Origin: a virus
Lineage: Duplodnaviria > Caudoviricetes
Virus record (IMG/VR): IMGVR_UViG_3300038443_001692
Location: 1-64,000 of that record
DNA length: 64,000 nt
Direction: 5' to 3' (one strand)
Each line of letters begins with the position of its first letter. Position 1 is the first letter of the stretch. This document shows positions 1-8,871 of the stretch, in pieces. The position numbers were made by a program, and so were the translations under genes. The notes below the pieces were generated by a model. That model made no database searches. It was not told the origin of the DNA and saw nothing but the letters and a program-made list of their open reading frames with translations.

Positions 1-71
1 GGCGAGGTCGGCCAGGGCTCGCTTTTCGGCGTCGAGATCAGGCGCGCCGGCGGTGGCATGTGCGAGGCGGC

Positions 72-257
72 TCACGGTTCCTCCTCGATCTGCGCTACCA
101 CCCAGTCCCAATAACCGCGCAGCGTGTAGCCGCCTTCGACCTCGTGCTGCCAGTGCGCGATCAGGAACTGCGGATGCTCATTGCGGTATTTCTGACGCAG
201 CTCGTCGGCGGACAGCAACCGATCGGCGCGAGCAAGCTCGGGTGGGTAGTGGCTCAT
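72..257 (-). CDS. hypothetical early protein
   Basis: 61-aa ORF, stop/start overlap with neighbour in a coupled minus-strand operon. Confidence 0.65.
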   Translation of the reverse strand: MSHYPPELARADRLLSADELRQKYRNEHPQFLIAHWQHEVEGGYTLRGYWDWVVAQIEEEP

Positions 258-436
258 GGCGTCTCCAGAGACGCCAGGTAGTGGTTGAGACGGTGGCGCG
301 CGGCCTGGGCATCGTTTTCGATCTCGATGCGCTGAACCAGATCGTTGTACGCAAACTGCGACTCCGCTTTGGTCACCTCAGCATCGCGATAGTCCTCGAT
401 CAGGCGGCGCAGGTGCATTAGCTGAGCGGGTGTCAT
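254..436 (-). CDS. hypothetical early protein
   Basis: 60-aa ORF, ATGA-type coupling on both sides. Confidence 0.65.
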   Translation of the reverse strand: MTPAQLMHLRRLIEDYRDAEVTKAESQFAYNDLVQRIEIENDAQAARHRLNHYLASLETP

Positions 437-663
437 TCGAGCTCTCCGATCTGCAGCTTGAGCACCTCGACCAGGCCGCGCAGCTGGCCCTCGGCGTCGT
501 CGAGACCCTTCTGTGCGCTGGTCATTGCGGCTTCCGGCCAGACGTCGGCGATGACCTGCTGCTCGGCGTAGCGCAGTTTGTTGTTGGCGTTCAGGACTGC
601 CAGCGCCGCGGCGCTGACATCGGCCGCGGCGCGGCCGAGAGTTTCAACTCTGGTACGGTTCAT
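433..663 (-). CDS. hypothetical early protein (helical)
   Basis: start reassigned to MNRTRV; AAGGAG RBS upstream. Confidence 0.7.
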   Translation of the reverse strand: MNRTRVETLGRAAADVSAAALAVLNANNKLRYAEQQVIADVWPEAAMTSAQKGLDDAEGQLRGLVEVLKLQIGELE

Positions 664-875
664 GTGGGCTCCTTGGGAATGTTTAAACGATCCAGACAGG
701 CCGGGCAGTCTACCTGTCCGGTCTTGCGGGTGCACTTCGCGTGGTAGCTGCCGTTGTTACACAGCGGGCGCAGGCGGTCCTCGAAACAGCTGGGATGCTT
801 GCCGACTCTGGACGCGAATTCAATGCGCGTCAGGCCGTAATGGGTAACCACCTTGACGAACTCGGGATGGCTCAT
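660..875 (-). CDS. hypothetical Cys-rich protein (C-terminal CxxC)
   Basis: MSHPEF start with GGAGG RBS; VDCPAC motif. Confidence 0.65.
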   Translation of the reverse strand: MSHPEFVKVVTHYGLTRIEFASRVGKHPSCFEDRLRPLCNNGSYHAKCTRKTGQVDCPACLDRLNIPKEPT

Positions 876-1273
876 GTCAGGTCCTCCGGAAGGTCGACCA
901 CGACGTTCAGGTTGTCGTGCACAACGTACTGCAAGCCGGTGTGGCGCGTCGTGAACACGCGGCGCCAGCGGCCGTCGATGCGCACCTCGTAGCGGGTCGG
1001 GATTTTGCTGGCCGACACACGGTAGCCGGGCACCTCGCTGATGCGCACGTTCTCGCCCGGCGGCCGGATGACGCGGCGCTCGCACGGCTTGGCTGCCAGC
1101 GTCTCGAAGCCGTGTTCGTCGACGGCGCGCACGCGCCGGATCGCCCGGGCCGGACAGCGCTCGTTGACCATGACGCTCTCGCGCGCCGCCGCTTCGGTCG
1201 TGGAGTACACCTCGAAGGTGATGAGGCCCTCGTCGTGCCGCGTCGTGATGAGGAATTTGTGGACGATGCTCAT
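872..1273 (-). CDS. hypothetical early protein
   Basis: MSIVHKF start with AAGG RBS, coupled to the next gene. Confidence 0.7.
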   Translation of the reverse strand: MSIVHKFLITTRHDEGLITFEVYSTTEAAARESVMVNERCPARAIRRVRAVDEHGFETLAAKPCERRVIRPPGENVRISEVPGYRVSASKIPTRYEVRIDGRWRRVFTTRHTGLQYVVHDNLNVVVDLPEDLT

Positions 1274-1274
1274 G

Positions 1275-1475
1275 TCAGCCTTTCGGTGTGATGTCGTAAC
1301 GTTCGAGGAGCCAGGTGGCAAGGTCTTTCGCCTGGCTGCTAAACAGCCTGCCGAACCCCTCGAAGATCGCATCTGCGAGGTTTCGCACGTCGTCGTGGGC
1401 CTGTGCCTCGTCGAGGGTCTTATGCTCGACGCCGTCGTCGGTTTGGTACCGGGTTACTTCGATGATGCCGGTCAT
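1275..1475 (-). CDS. hypothetical early protein
   Basis: 66 aa, GGGAG RBS; Y-x-T-x-DG-x-E-H motif typical of small phage proteins. Confidence 0.7.
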   Translation of the reverse strand: MTGIIEVTRYQTDDGVEHKTLDEAQAHDDVRNLADAIFEGFGRLFSSQAKDLATWLLERYDITPKG

Positions 1476-1837
1476 GGCCTGCTCCCTGCGGTGTCGTTGT
1501 CATCCAGCACCCGCCAGGCGCCTATGTCCAATCTGACGAGTCGCTTCCAGCCGTTGCAGCGTACGTTCTCACGCAGGATGCGCAAGTCGTCGCCCTTCAG
1601 TGCCAGCACCTCTTCGGCAGGCACCTCGACGCCGAAATAGCGCCAGCCGCTGTAGTTCTTCGCCTTGCCGATCAGAGTCTCGCCGTCAAGCACGACCTCC
1701 TCGCGCGAAAAGAAGCGGTAACCGACGGCGCCGCGCGGCACCTCGGACTGCAGCACGTCACGCTGATCGACCAGGAAGCTGTTCGTCTCGGCGACGAAGC
1801 TGCCGGGGTACATCCATTGAATGTAGTGTTGAAGCAT
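1472..1837 (-). CDS. hypothetical early protein
   Basis: 121 aa, GAGGAG RBS. Confidence 0.75.
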   Translation of the reverse strand: MLQHYIQWMYPGSFVAETNSFLVDQRDVLQSEVPRGAVGYRFFSREEVVLDGETLIGKAKNYSGWRYFGVEVPAEEVLALKGDDLRILRENVRCNGWKRLVRLDIGAWRVLDDNDTAGSRP

Positions 1838-1840
1838 GGC

Positions 1841-2023
1841 TTACTCCTCGTCGTCGCCGGACGACGTCCAGCCCATGCTGGACGACGTCTCCACGTCATG
1901 GATAGCGGCGATCGGCCCGATGACGTGGCCCTGCAGGCGTGCGGCCGTAAGCTGCATCATGCTGTTCTCATCGATCTGGGCGTCGTCGCCAAAGTCGATG
2001 ATGATTTTGATTTCGAGTTGCAT
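1841..2023 (-). CDS. hypothetical early protein
   Basis: 60 aa, GAAGG RBS. Confidence 0.6.
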   Translation of the reverse strand: MQLEIKIIIDFGDDAQIDENSMMQLTAARLQGHVIGPIAAIHDVETSSSMGWTSSGDDEE

Positions 2024-2026
2024 GGC

Positions 2027-2527
2027 TCACCCTTCGGAGTGTGGGTTGGTAGGGGCATCGCTGGTCGCAGATTCGGCGTCGCGGCTGGCTGCGAGGGTTG
2101 CGTGTGGCGCATGGCTGGCGCCCATAGCGGCGTCGATAGCTTCGCGGAACGACAGGTGCCCGTCGCCGCCAGCTTCGCCCATGCGGCCGCCACGGGCCTG
2201 CCACGTGGCGTATTCAGCGCCGGGGTACAGCACGTCGAAGCACTGGCGCTCCAGCCAATCCAGCCGGGCGGTGTCGCCACGGCCCGCAGCCTGGGCGGCG
2301 GTGGGTGCGGCGCCTTCGGCACAGGCCGGGCACATGACTTCTGGGTTGTCCGGGTCCGTGGTGCCGTCGCAACCCAAGCACTTCTGGCGGTCGCCAGCCT
2401 GGGCGGCGGGGGCCGTAGGGTGCAGGTACGCCATGTCGTGCCCGTCCGTCTTGCCGCAGTACATGCAGCCGATGTCGGCCGCGATCACGTCAGCCGGCGG
2501 AACAGCGGTGTGGTCGGGGCGGGTCAT
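2027..2527 (-). CDS. hypothetical protein with Cys/His zinc-binding motifs
   Basis: CMYC, CLGC and CPAC motifs; coupled start. Confidence 0.65.
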   Translation of the reverse strand: MTRPDHTAVPPADVIAADIGCMYCGKTDGHDMAYLHPTAPAAQAGDRQKCLGCDGTTDPDNPEVMCPACAEGAAPTAAQAAGRGDTARLDWLERQCFDVLYPGAEYATWQARGGRMGEAGGDGHLSFREAIDAAMGASHAPHATLAASRDAESATSDAPTNPHSEG

Positions 2528-2814
2528 GGCTGTGGCCCGCCATCAAAGACGTGGTAGACCTCACCGCTGCGACACTGGACGGTGCCTACGAAGTGAAGTG
2601 GGCTCACTCCGTAGGTATCGGTGTCTGGCCACCCGGTGCCGATGATGTGCAGCTTGCGGTGCACGATCGGGTTTTCGGTATCCACCAGCGCCCAAACGAA
2701 CAGGGCGTAGTGATCATGGCCGATATGTTGCTCGCCGACGTGCAGCAGCTGCGCATCGGCCGGCATAACAACGAGGCTGGCCGGACCGATCCGGTACTTG
2801 TAAATGATCTTCAT
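2524..2814 (-). CDS. conserved phage protein (DUF7352-like)
   Basis: IYKY...LLHVG...VWALVD...IIGTG...VGT...VYHVF pattern; GGAGG RBS. Confidence 0.7.
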   Translation of the reverse strand: MKIIYKYRIGPASLVVMPADAQLLHVGEQHIGHDHYALFVWALVDTENPIVHRKLHIIGTGWPDTDTYGVSPLHFVGTVQCRSGEVYHVFDGGPQP

Positions 2815-3347
2815 GCTACCTCCGGCCAGATGCCCAGCTTCTGGTGTGCCATCATCGCGGCCTCAGCCTGCGCGATGGCATCGTCCAGCGCGTTGTGGTG
2901 CGTGCCCTTCGTGCGGTCCGGACTCACGCCGGCCAGCTCGTACAGCGTGCGGGTGCAGCGCACGTTGTAGAATGCCCATGGCGGCGTCATCGACATCGCG
3001 CGATAGGCGGCGTCCAGCAGCGGCACGTCGAACGTGGCGCCGTGGCACCAGACACGCTCGCCCTGCGTGCGCGCAAACCAGGCCTGCAGCTCGTATAACA
3101 CTTGGCCCAAGGTGCAGGCCACCTCGGGGAAGGCTGCGGCGCGCGCGGCGTCGCTCTGGCGCATCCACCAGGCCACGGTGCTCGGGTCGATGGTCAGGCC
3201 GGCGGCCGTGCAGCTGGCCGCGCTGATGGCCATGTGGAAGCCGTCCTGCGTGAACACGCCGCGCTCGTCGAACGGCACAGCGCCGACGGAAAGGATCAGG
3301 GAGCCGGGCGTGGTGCCGAGCGTTTCGATGTCGATCATGATGTTCAT
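2811..3347 (-). CDS. 3'-5' exonuclease, DEDDh (Rv2179c/DUF5051-like)
   Basis: MIDIETLG, W-x-HG-x-x-FD and HNALDDA motifs; GGAG RBS. Confidence 0.9.
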   Translation of the reverse strand: MNIMIDIETLGTTPGSLILSVGAVPFDERGVFTQDGFHMAISAASCTAAGLTIDPSTVAWWMRQSDAARAAAFPEVACTLGQVLYELQAWFARTQGERVWCHGATFDVPLLDAAYRAMSMTPPWAFYNVRCTRTLYELAGVSPDRTKGTHHNALDDAIAQAEAAMMAHQKLGIWPEVA

Positions 3348-3805
3348 GGTGTGTAAATCTCCGTGGTGGTGAGGTCGATGATGGGCAGGCCGGCCAGCGG
3401 CACGAAGGCGACCCAAGGGTTGGCGATCATGTTGGAGTCGCTGGCCACGATCAGCGCGTGGCCATACGGCTCCCAGGCGATGATCTTGAAGGATCCGATG
3501 TAGTCATCAGAAGCGCCATTGATGCGCGGCGTGCAGCGGCTTTCCACGCGCCGGCGGACATCGCCCAGAGGCTTGGCGTACAGGTGTTGGTTGAACATGC
3601 TGCGCAGCTGGTCGTCGCCCCAGGTCTTGATCGACGCAGTTTCCGACGCCATGAAGAAGTAGCCGGGCGGGTGGATCGTGCGGGTTCCTCCATGCTTCCC
3701 GAGCCGCTCCTGCCGGCAATAGATGAAGTCTTGGAACAGGCTGTCCAGGTCGGGCATGATGCCGAATAGCGTCTTGCCGACGACTGAGTCGTCGAGAGGT
3801 TTCAT
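3344..3805 (-). CDS. hypothetical early protein
   Basis: 153 aa, GGAGG RBS. Confidence 0.7.
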   Translation of the reverse strand: MKPLDDSVVGKTLFGIMPDLDSLFQDFIYCRQERLGKHGGTRTIHPPGYFFMASETASIKTWGDDQLRSMFNQHLYAKPLGDVRRRVESRCTPRINGASDDYIGSFKIIAWEPYGHALIVASDSNMIANPWVAFVPLAGLPIIDLTTTEIYTP

Positions 3806-4287
3806 TCGTCCTCCGGTATCGAGTCCCAGTCGATCGAGCCCTTCCAGCCCAGCGTCATCTGGCGCATCTCGTTCTTACTGCGGGCCACTGCGCACACGTC
3901 GTGCGGGTGCTCGTTGCCGGCCTCGTACTGTGCGCGGTAGCGCGTCTGGCGCAGCTCGACGAAGCCGCGGGTATCGCGCGTCAGATAGTCGGTGAAGGCC
4001 AACGGCGTCGGCACCGGCGCTGCGCCGCGCAACTGCGCATTCTCAGCGCGCAGCCGCTCGATCTCGGCCGTCATCAGGTCGGCGCGGTGTTTCCCGGCGG
4101 CGCCCGGAAAGGCCTTGCCCTTGGTGTATTCCATCTGCACCCAGTCGGTCTTGTCGAGGAAGGTCTGGAAGCCCTCGACCATGGTGGCGGCCATTTTCAG
4201 CACATACTCGGCGTCCTCGGCGTAGAGGAGGCTGGTAGGGTTGTCGATGGCGGCACGCAGCCGTGCGGCGATTTCTTTGGATGTCAT
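3802..4287 (-). CDS. hypothetical early protein
   Basis: MTSKEIA start after TAGGAA RBS; coiled-coil segment. Confidence 0.7.
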   Translation of the reverse strand: MTSKEIAARLRAAIDNPTSLLYAEDAEYVLKMAATMVEGFQTFLDKTDWVQMEYTKGKAFPGAAGKHRADLMTAEIERLRAENAQLRGAAPVPTPLAFTDYLTRDTRGFVELRQTRYRAQYEAGNEHPHDVCAVARSKNEMRQMTLGWKGSIDWDSIPEDE

Positions 4288-4295
4288 GATGGTTC

Positions 4296-4580
4296 CTATT
4301 GAGGCGTGGGTTCGAGTTGTTCGGTGAGCCAGTAATGCAGGTCCTCGTACGTGACGTGCCACTCGAATTCCTGATCGAGCGAGGCGGCCACGATGCTGCC
4401 GTCCTCCGCGACCAGAAAGCGGGTGCCGCGCGCCTCGATGATCTGCGGCGGACCTTGCAGGTGTGGGTAGATGCTCAGGCGCTCTCGCACTGCATACGTC
4501 TTGCTGCCCTTGATCTTGGTGACGGTGGCACGCTCGGGCACATCGCCGATCGGCAGGGTGACACGCAGGGTTGTGCTCAT
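4296..4580 (-). CDS. hypothetical early protein
   Basis: 94 aa, same leader sequence as the downstream gene. Confidence 0.7.
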   Translation of the reverse strand: MSTTLRVTLPIGDVPERATVTKIKGSKTYAVRERLSIYPHLQGPPQIIEARGTRFLVAEDGSIVAASLDQEFEWHVTYEDLHYWLTEQLEPTPQ

Positions 4581-4777
4581 GATGGTTTCCTATTGAGGGC
4601 GAGTTTGGCAGCTTGCACAAGGTCGTCCATCCGCTTCTGGTAGACGGCTCGCGATTCCACGATGGGCGCCGTGCCGCAGGACTTCTGGTTGCGGCCGGCC
4701 GCGTGCTTCCAGGTGCCTCCCGGGCAGCTGTACACGGCCAGGCCGCAGCGCCGGCACACGAACTCCGAGTGGCTCAT
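4577..4777 (-). CDS. small Cys/His zinc-finger-like protein
   Basis: CRRC...WKH...C; AAGGAG RBS. Confidence 0.7.
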   Translation of the reverse strand: MSHSEFVCRRCGLAVYSCPGGTWKHAAGRNQKSCGTAPIVESRAVYQKRMDDLVQAAKLALNRKPS

Positions 4778-5016
4778 GTCGGCTCCTTCGTGGTCAGCCG
4801 GCGCAGGCCGGTGACGTTGTAGTCATAGCGCCAGCGCGCGTCGGTGATGCGCTGGTCGAGGGCGTTTTGCAGGCTGGGCGGCCAGGCGTCGATGCCCTGA
4901 TGCCGGCGCAGCGACTCGAAGCGGCAGCCGTCGGCTTCGGCAGCCAGCAGCTCGCGCGCGGCGCGGTGAACTTCGGCCGCGGCGGCCGCGACGGCCGCGA
5001 TCAGGGCGCGGTTCAT
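4774..5016 (-). CDS. hypothetical early protein
   Basis: 80 aa, AAGGAG RBS. Confidence 0.65.
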   Translation of the reverse strand: MNRALIAAVAAAAAEVHRAARELLAAEADGCRFESLRRHQGIDAWPPSLQNALDQRITDARWRYDYNVTGLRRLTTKEPT

Positions 5017-5222
5017 TGGGATGCTCCTTTCACGATCGTGATCGCGTTGAGGTAATGCGCCTCGCGCATCCTGCTGTAGTCGATGGCCGCGCGCAGCGCT
5101 TCGACCACGCGCCGGTCAGCCGGGCGATCGGCGCGCTTGTACGGCGCGGCGATGGCAAGCAGGTCGAGGTAGGCCTGGGTCCAGGCGTTGGCCTCAGCCT
5201 GGAGGGCTTCGACGGCGTTCAC
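5013..5222 (-). CDS. hypothetical early protein
   Basis: 69 aa, GTG start, GGGAG RBS. Confidence 0.6.
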   Translation of the reverse strand: MNAVEALQAEANAWTQAYLDLLAIAAPYKRADRPADRRVVEALRAAIDYSRMREAHYLNAITIVKGASQ

Positions 5223-5575
5223 GGCTGGCTCCCGATCAGCGCGCGGATGCGGGCGATGACGTCGACGGCAGTGGCGCCGGATGGCGAATCACCGTCGTCG
5301 CTGTACTCCTCGTCGCTGAACAGGTGGTAGACCTGCGTCGACGTCAGCTCGAAGAACACCTTGACGGCGTCCCACGACTTGAGCGTCTCATGTTCGGTGC
5401 GCAGGTGCGGGATCGTGTTAAACAGGTAGAAGCCCTCGGCGTTGAAGTTCTTGTCGACGGCGGCCCAGCCTACAGCGCAAGCTGTCGTACCGCAGCTCCA
5501 GGTCCCGAGATCGAAGCGCTCGGGCGGTACGTTTTCGAGGATGGTGATCAGGTGGTTTAATCTGTCGATGCGCAT
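5219..5575 (-). CDS. conserved phage hypothetical protein
   Basis: W-x-CGT-x-AC-x-x-GW motif; GGAG RBS. Confidence 0.75.
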   Translation of the reverse strand: MRIDRLNHLITILENVPPERFDLGTWSCGTTACAVGWAAVDKNFNAEGFYLFNTIPHLRTEHETLKSWDAVKVFFELTSTQVYHLFSDEEYSDDGDSPSGATAVDVIARIRALIGSQP

Positions 5576-5940
5576 GGCAGTTCTCCGAAAAGTTCGAGGT
5601 GGACAGCGGCGATTTTCTGTTCCAGCTCGCGCGCGGCCGCAAGGCGCTCGCGCTCGGCCAGCACCTGGCCGGCGATGCGCAGCTGCTGCTCGTTGATGAG
5701 CGGATAGAGGGTAGTGTCGCTGTAGTTGTGGCCGATCTCGGCGACCAGGTCACCTCGCGAAGTGCCGAACTTGTCCTGGAAGCCGCTGTCGTACACAGCG
5801 AATTCGACGTGGATAGGCGACTGCACGATGGCGTCGACCTCGTACCACGATATGGCGCGCGTCGGATTCTCGACACAGAAGCGAATCCACAGTGCCTCGC
5901 TATTGCCGCGTGACAGAATGAAAGGGTAGATGTCGTGCAT
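5557..5940 (-). CDS. hypothetical early protein
   Basis: MHDIYPF start fits the operon packing. Confidence 0.65.
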   Translation of the reverse strand: MHDIYPFILSRGNSEALWIRFCVENPTRAISWYEVDAIVQSPIHVEFAVYDSGFQDKFGTSRGDLVAEIGHNYSDTTLYPLINEQQLRIAGQVLAERERLAAARELEQKIAAVHLELFGELPCASTD

Positions 5941-5942
5941 GA

Positions 5943-6260
5943 CTAGATGATCTCGTTGAGGTGGAGTTGCTCGATCGTCGTAACGACGACGCCGTACATC
6001 TCGGTCCGGTGCTGGTAGGCGCCGAACTGGCGCAGGTAGGTCTTCATGCCGCGCGGCGCCTCGTCGCCAGCGAAAGAAAGGGCGGCCTGTAGTGCATCGG
6101 CTTTCGTCGTGCAATAGGCGCGGCTCTCGCTCAGGCAGCCGGGCAGGTGCCACTCGGCGACCCACAACTTGCGCCCAAGTGCGCTGGCCAGCACGTCGCT
6201 GGCATGGACCGCGCGGCCGTCGTCCAGGCGCTCGAGCGCCTCATCAAAAGTGAGCTTCAT
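5943..6260 (-). CDS. hypothetical early protein
   Basis: MKLTFDE start, CAGGA RBS. Confidence 0.7.
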   Translation of the reverse strand: MKLTFDEALERLDDGRAVHASDVLASALGRKLWVAEWHLPGCLSESRAYCTTKADALQAALSFAGDEAPRGMKTYLRQFGAYQHRTEMYGVVVTTIEQLHLNEII

Positions 6261-6262
6261 GG

Positions 6263-6445
6263 TCAGGTCCTGTACGTGACGCCGGCCAGTACGGCCTCGT
6301 TGATGGCGGCGGCGAGCTGGGTGCGCCACAGGCGGTCGTTCTGAACCGGCTCGTTGTCGCAGATGAATAGCTGCAGCAGCGTGTCACTGCCAAGCAGGCA
6401 GGCTTCCGTAGCCTCTTCGAAAGTGGGCAGGGGTAGGGTGGTCAT
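6263..6445 (-). CDS. hypothetical early protein
   Basis: 60 aa, GGAG RBS. Confidence 0.65.
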   Translation of the reverse strand: MTTLPLPTFEEATEACLLGSDTLLQLFICDNEPVQNDRLWRTQLAAAINEAVLAGVTYRT

Positions 6446-6645
6446 GCTTTCTCCAGTCGGTCGTAATAGGATTGCCAATCAGCGCGGCGTCGCTCGGCGC
6501 CGGCCTGCGTCCGGGCCCGGTCCACAACACCGAATGGGCCGGCGATCTCGTAGCCGGTCGTGGGCCCGTGCTCGGTCCATTCGTGGCCGCTGATCGGATT
6601 CTTGCGGTCGATATTCTTGAAGATCTCACGAATGGCGACGGTCAT
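6442..6645 (-). CDS. hypothetical early protein
   Basis: 67 aa, coupled start. Confidence 0.65.
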   Translation of the reverse strand: MTVAIREIFKNIDRKNPISGHEWTEHGPTTGYEIAGPFGVVDRARTQAGAERRRADWQSYYDRLEKA

Positions 6646-6857
6646 TTCAAGGCCTCGATCAGACGTCGGATTGCGCAGGCGTCTTCTTTCACTGCAAACG
6701 TAAAGCCGCTGGCCATATGGACCATGGTGACGTAACGGTAGTCGTTGTCGCCGGGGTCTCGCATGCGGCGGGTACCGATGACCTCGACATGCTCGGCCCG
6801 CACGCAGGTTGGGTGCGGGTTGCGCGAATCGGTGATGTCGGTGAGTTCGATGAACAT
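6642..6857 (-). CDS. hypothetical early protein
   Basis: MFIELT...V-x-E pattern; AAGG RBS. Confidence 0.7.
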   Translation of the reverse strand: MFIELTDITDSRNPHPTCVRAEHVEVIGTRRMRDPGDNDYRYVTMVHMASGFTFAVKEDACAIRRLIEALK

Positions 6858-6859
6858 GG

Positions 6860-7279
6860 TCAGCCTTTCTTCTGGGCGGTGGCTCGGTTGACGATCTGCT
6901 CCACCCGGTAAGCCAGCCCAAAGCGCGCCTCGATGACACGCTCGGTGTCCTCGGCGCTTCGCATGTTCTCCACGGCGCAGCGCAGGGTGTGGATCTCTTC
7001 GTCGGTGAGCCAACGGCACGCCAGCTGCGCGCCCTCCGGCAGCGCCGCCCGGACACGCTCGGCAAGGTTGCGCAGGTCGTCCGCTGCGCGCGGCGAGCCC
7101 TCGCGCGTCATGTGGGCGGCGATGGCGTATAGCATGCGCACGTCGGTGTCGGTGAATTGGGTCAGCGAAAGCAGCTCCTCGGCGGCCGCGTAGACGTACG
7201 GCTTGAGGTCAGTCTGGCCTTCCTTGATCGTGAAGCCGTGTTTCATGAACACGGCGCGGATGGTGTCGCGGTTGATCAT
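6860..7279 (-). CDS. conserved phage hypothetical protein
   Basis: IRAVFMKHGFTIKEGQTDLKPYVYAAA motif, recognised from proteobacterial phages; GGAGG RBS. Confidence 0.8.
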   Translation of the reverse strand: MINRDTIRAVFMKHGFTIKEGQTDLKPYVYAAAEELLSLTQFTDTDVRMLYAIAAHMTREGSPRAADDLRNLAERVRAALPEGAQLACRWLTDEEIHTLRCAVENMRSAEDTERVIEARFGLAYRVEQIVNRATAQKKG

Positions 7280-7704
7280 TTCTGGTCCTCCCGCAAGGTC
7301 TGGCGATCCAGGCGCTCGATCTCGGCCAGCAGTAGGGATGCGGCCTTGACCAGGTCGCGCCGGCGATCGGTGGGCTTGTACCACTCAGCGGCCCACGGCC
7401 AGAACAACTCGTCCCGGCCGCGGATACGGACACGCTCCGATATCAGGACCGGAGCAGCGTACACGGCAGCTGCGCGCGGCAGCTGGTGCTCGGTGTACTT
7501 GTCGTCGAGCTCGGCCGTCCAGCCCTCCTCCTCGACCTGCCGGCGGCGCTCGGCCAGCACATCGCGCGCGGCCGGCGTCATGAGACGTTCGGTCTGGTCG
7601 AGTATCTCGAAAGCCAGGTCGATGGCGCGGCGATCGGCGTGTGAGACGCCTCGCCAGAAGTTGCCAGTCCAGAATCTGCGTATGGTCTTGAGCGCGGCCT
7701 TCAT
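7276..7704 (-). CDS. conserved phage hypothetical protein
   Basis: AARDVLAERRRQ..EGWT...DD...WPW...W-x-KP...RRDLVKAA-x-LLLAEIERLDR family motif. Confidence 0.85.
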   Translation of the reverse strand: MKAALKTIRRFWTGNFWRGVSHADRRAIDLAFEILDQTERLMTPAARDVLAERRRQVEEEGWTAELDDKYTEHQLPRAAAVYAAPVLISERVRIRGRDELFWPWAAEWYKPTDRRRDLVKAASLLLAEIERLDRQTLREDQK

Positions 7705-8015
7705 TTCAGCCCCAGCACGGTGTCGAGGGCGTTGTCCCACTCTTCGCCGCTGATCTTCTCGTCTTCACTGGAGAGCGACGGGCATAGCTGCTCCATGCGT
7801 TCGAAGAAAGTCTCATCCTGGTTGACGAGGGCGGCGCGCAAGCCGCGGTAGCGTGCGGCGTCTTTGAGCTCGGGCGCCAGCTGGGTGCGCAGCTTGGTGA
7901 AGTCGCGGCTGAGCGCCTCGACTGCGCGGCGCGTGTCGCCCGGGTTGGTATGGGACAGGGCGAAGCCTATCCCTATGTCGAATACGACGATGTCGTCCTG
8001 CAGGTCTTTGTTCAT
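7701..8015 (-). CDS. hypothetical early protein
   Basis: MNKDLQ start, AAGGA RBS; DAARYR motif. Confidence 0.7.
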   Translation of the reverse strand: MNKDLQDDIVVFDIGIGFALSHTNPGDTRRAVEALSRDFTKLRTQLAPELKDAARYRGLRAALVNQDETFFERMEQLCPSLSSEDEKISGEEWDNALDTVLGLK

Positions 8016-8121
8016 GTCGGTGTCCTTTACCATTGGCGGTCGATCCAGCTTTGAAGCTCGTCGCCTTCGAGGGGCTCGGAGGGCTTGTTCAGCCAGGCGA
8101 TGAGGCGCTTCCAGAGAGTGG

Positions 8122-8493
8122 TCATTTCGGGTTCTTTTGCATGAGGGTGGTGATGGCTTGGAGGTCCTCGATGGAGAAGCGGCCGTCGAGGACGGCCACG
8201 CCATCCTCCGTGTCGATATCGATCCAGGCGGGGTGGTCGTCCGTGATCTGGTGGGCCTGCTCGATGGTCATGGGCTGGCCGTACGGTGCCTCGAATGCCC
8301 GGCTCAAGCCGGCCGGGCGCGCACCTTCACGCGCTTCGATCCAGATGCGCACACCCGTGTCGGTGTACTGGCGCACCAGCACGGCCTGGTCGGGCGTGTA
8401 GCCGAGGTGAGCCAGCCACGCCTTGGTGATCGCGTCGATGCCTTGCGTCTCGGCTTCGGCGATCTTGCGGGCGAGTTCGTCGATGGTGATCAT
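8122..8493 (-). CDS. hypothetical early protein
   Basis: MITIDE start, AAGGAG RBS. Confidence 0.7.
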   Translation of the reverse strand: MITIDELARKIAEAETQGIDAITKAWLAHLGYTPDQAVLVRQYTDTGVRIWIEAREGARPAGLSRAFEAPYGQPMTIEQAHQITDDHPAWIDIDTEDGVAVLDGRFSIEDLQAITTLMQKNPK

Positions 8494-8672
8494 GTCGGCT
8501 CCTTGGCGGTAGGTTGGGTGGCGCATGCTTCGATCATCAGGCGCTCGGCGACGTCGCGCGGCAGCTGGCCGTCGAACTCCATCCGCGTGCCGCTCTCGGT
8601 CTTGTACGCGATGACAAAGTGAGCGTGGCCGGGGCGCGGCTTGGCGCGGGTGAACGGGACTTTCCACTCCAT
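8490..8672 (-). CDS. hypothetical early protein
   Basis: 60 aa, AAGGAG RBS. Confidence 0.7.
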   Translation of the reverse strand: MEWKVPFTRAKPRPGHAHFVIAYKTESGTRMEFDGQLPRDVAERLMIEACATQPTAKEPT

Positions 8673-8674
8673 GA

Positions 8675-8869
8675 TCACTCCTTCCGAAAGCCGAGGAACC
8701 ACTCGCCCTTTTCGGCGAACAGGCGCATACCTTCGGTGCTGCCGCAGGTGTTGGAATGTCCTTCCTCGTCCTGGCACATCTCCTTCGCCTCGGCCAAGGT
8801 CAGGCCCTCGGCGACGATTTCCTGCGGGTGGCCTTCGCGGTAGAACCGCACAACTTCGTAGGTGTCCAT
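8675..8869 (-). CDS. conserved small phage protein
   Basis: GLTLAEAKEMC...WFLGF motif; GAGGAG RBS. Confidence 0.75.
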   Translation of the reverse strand: MDTYEVVRFYREGHPQEIVAEGLTLAEAKEMCQDEEGHSNTCGSTEGMRLFAEKGEWFLGFRKE

Positions 8870-8871
8870 GA

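Noticed and set aside
660-8500. Shared C-terminal KEPT peptide in three early proteins as a functional tag
   Set aside because: It is the translation of the overlapping RBS/start AAGGAGCC(G/C)ACATGA of the next gene
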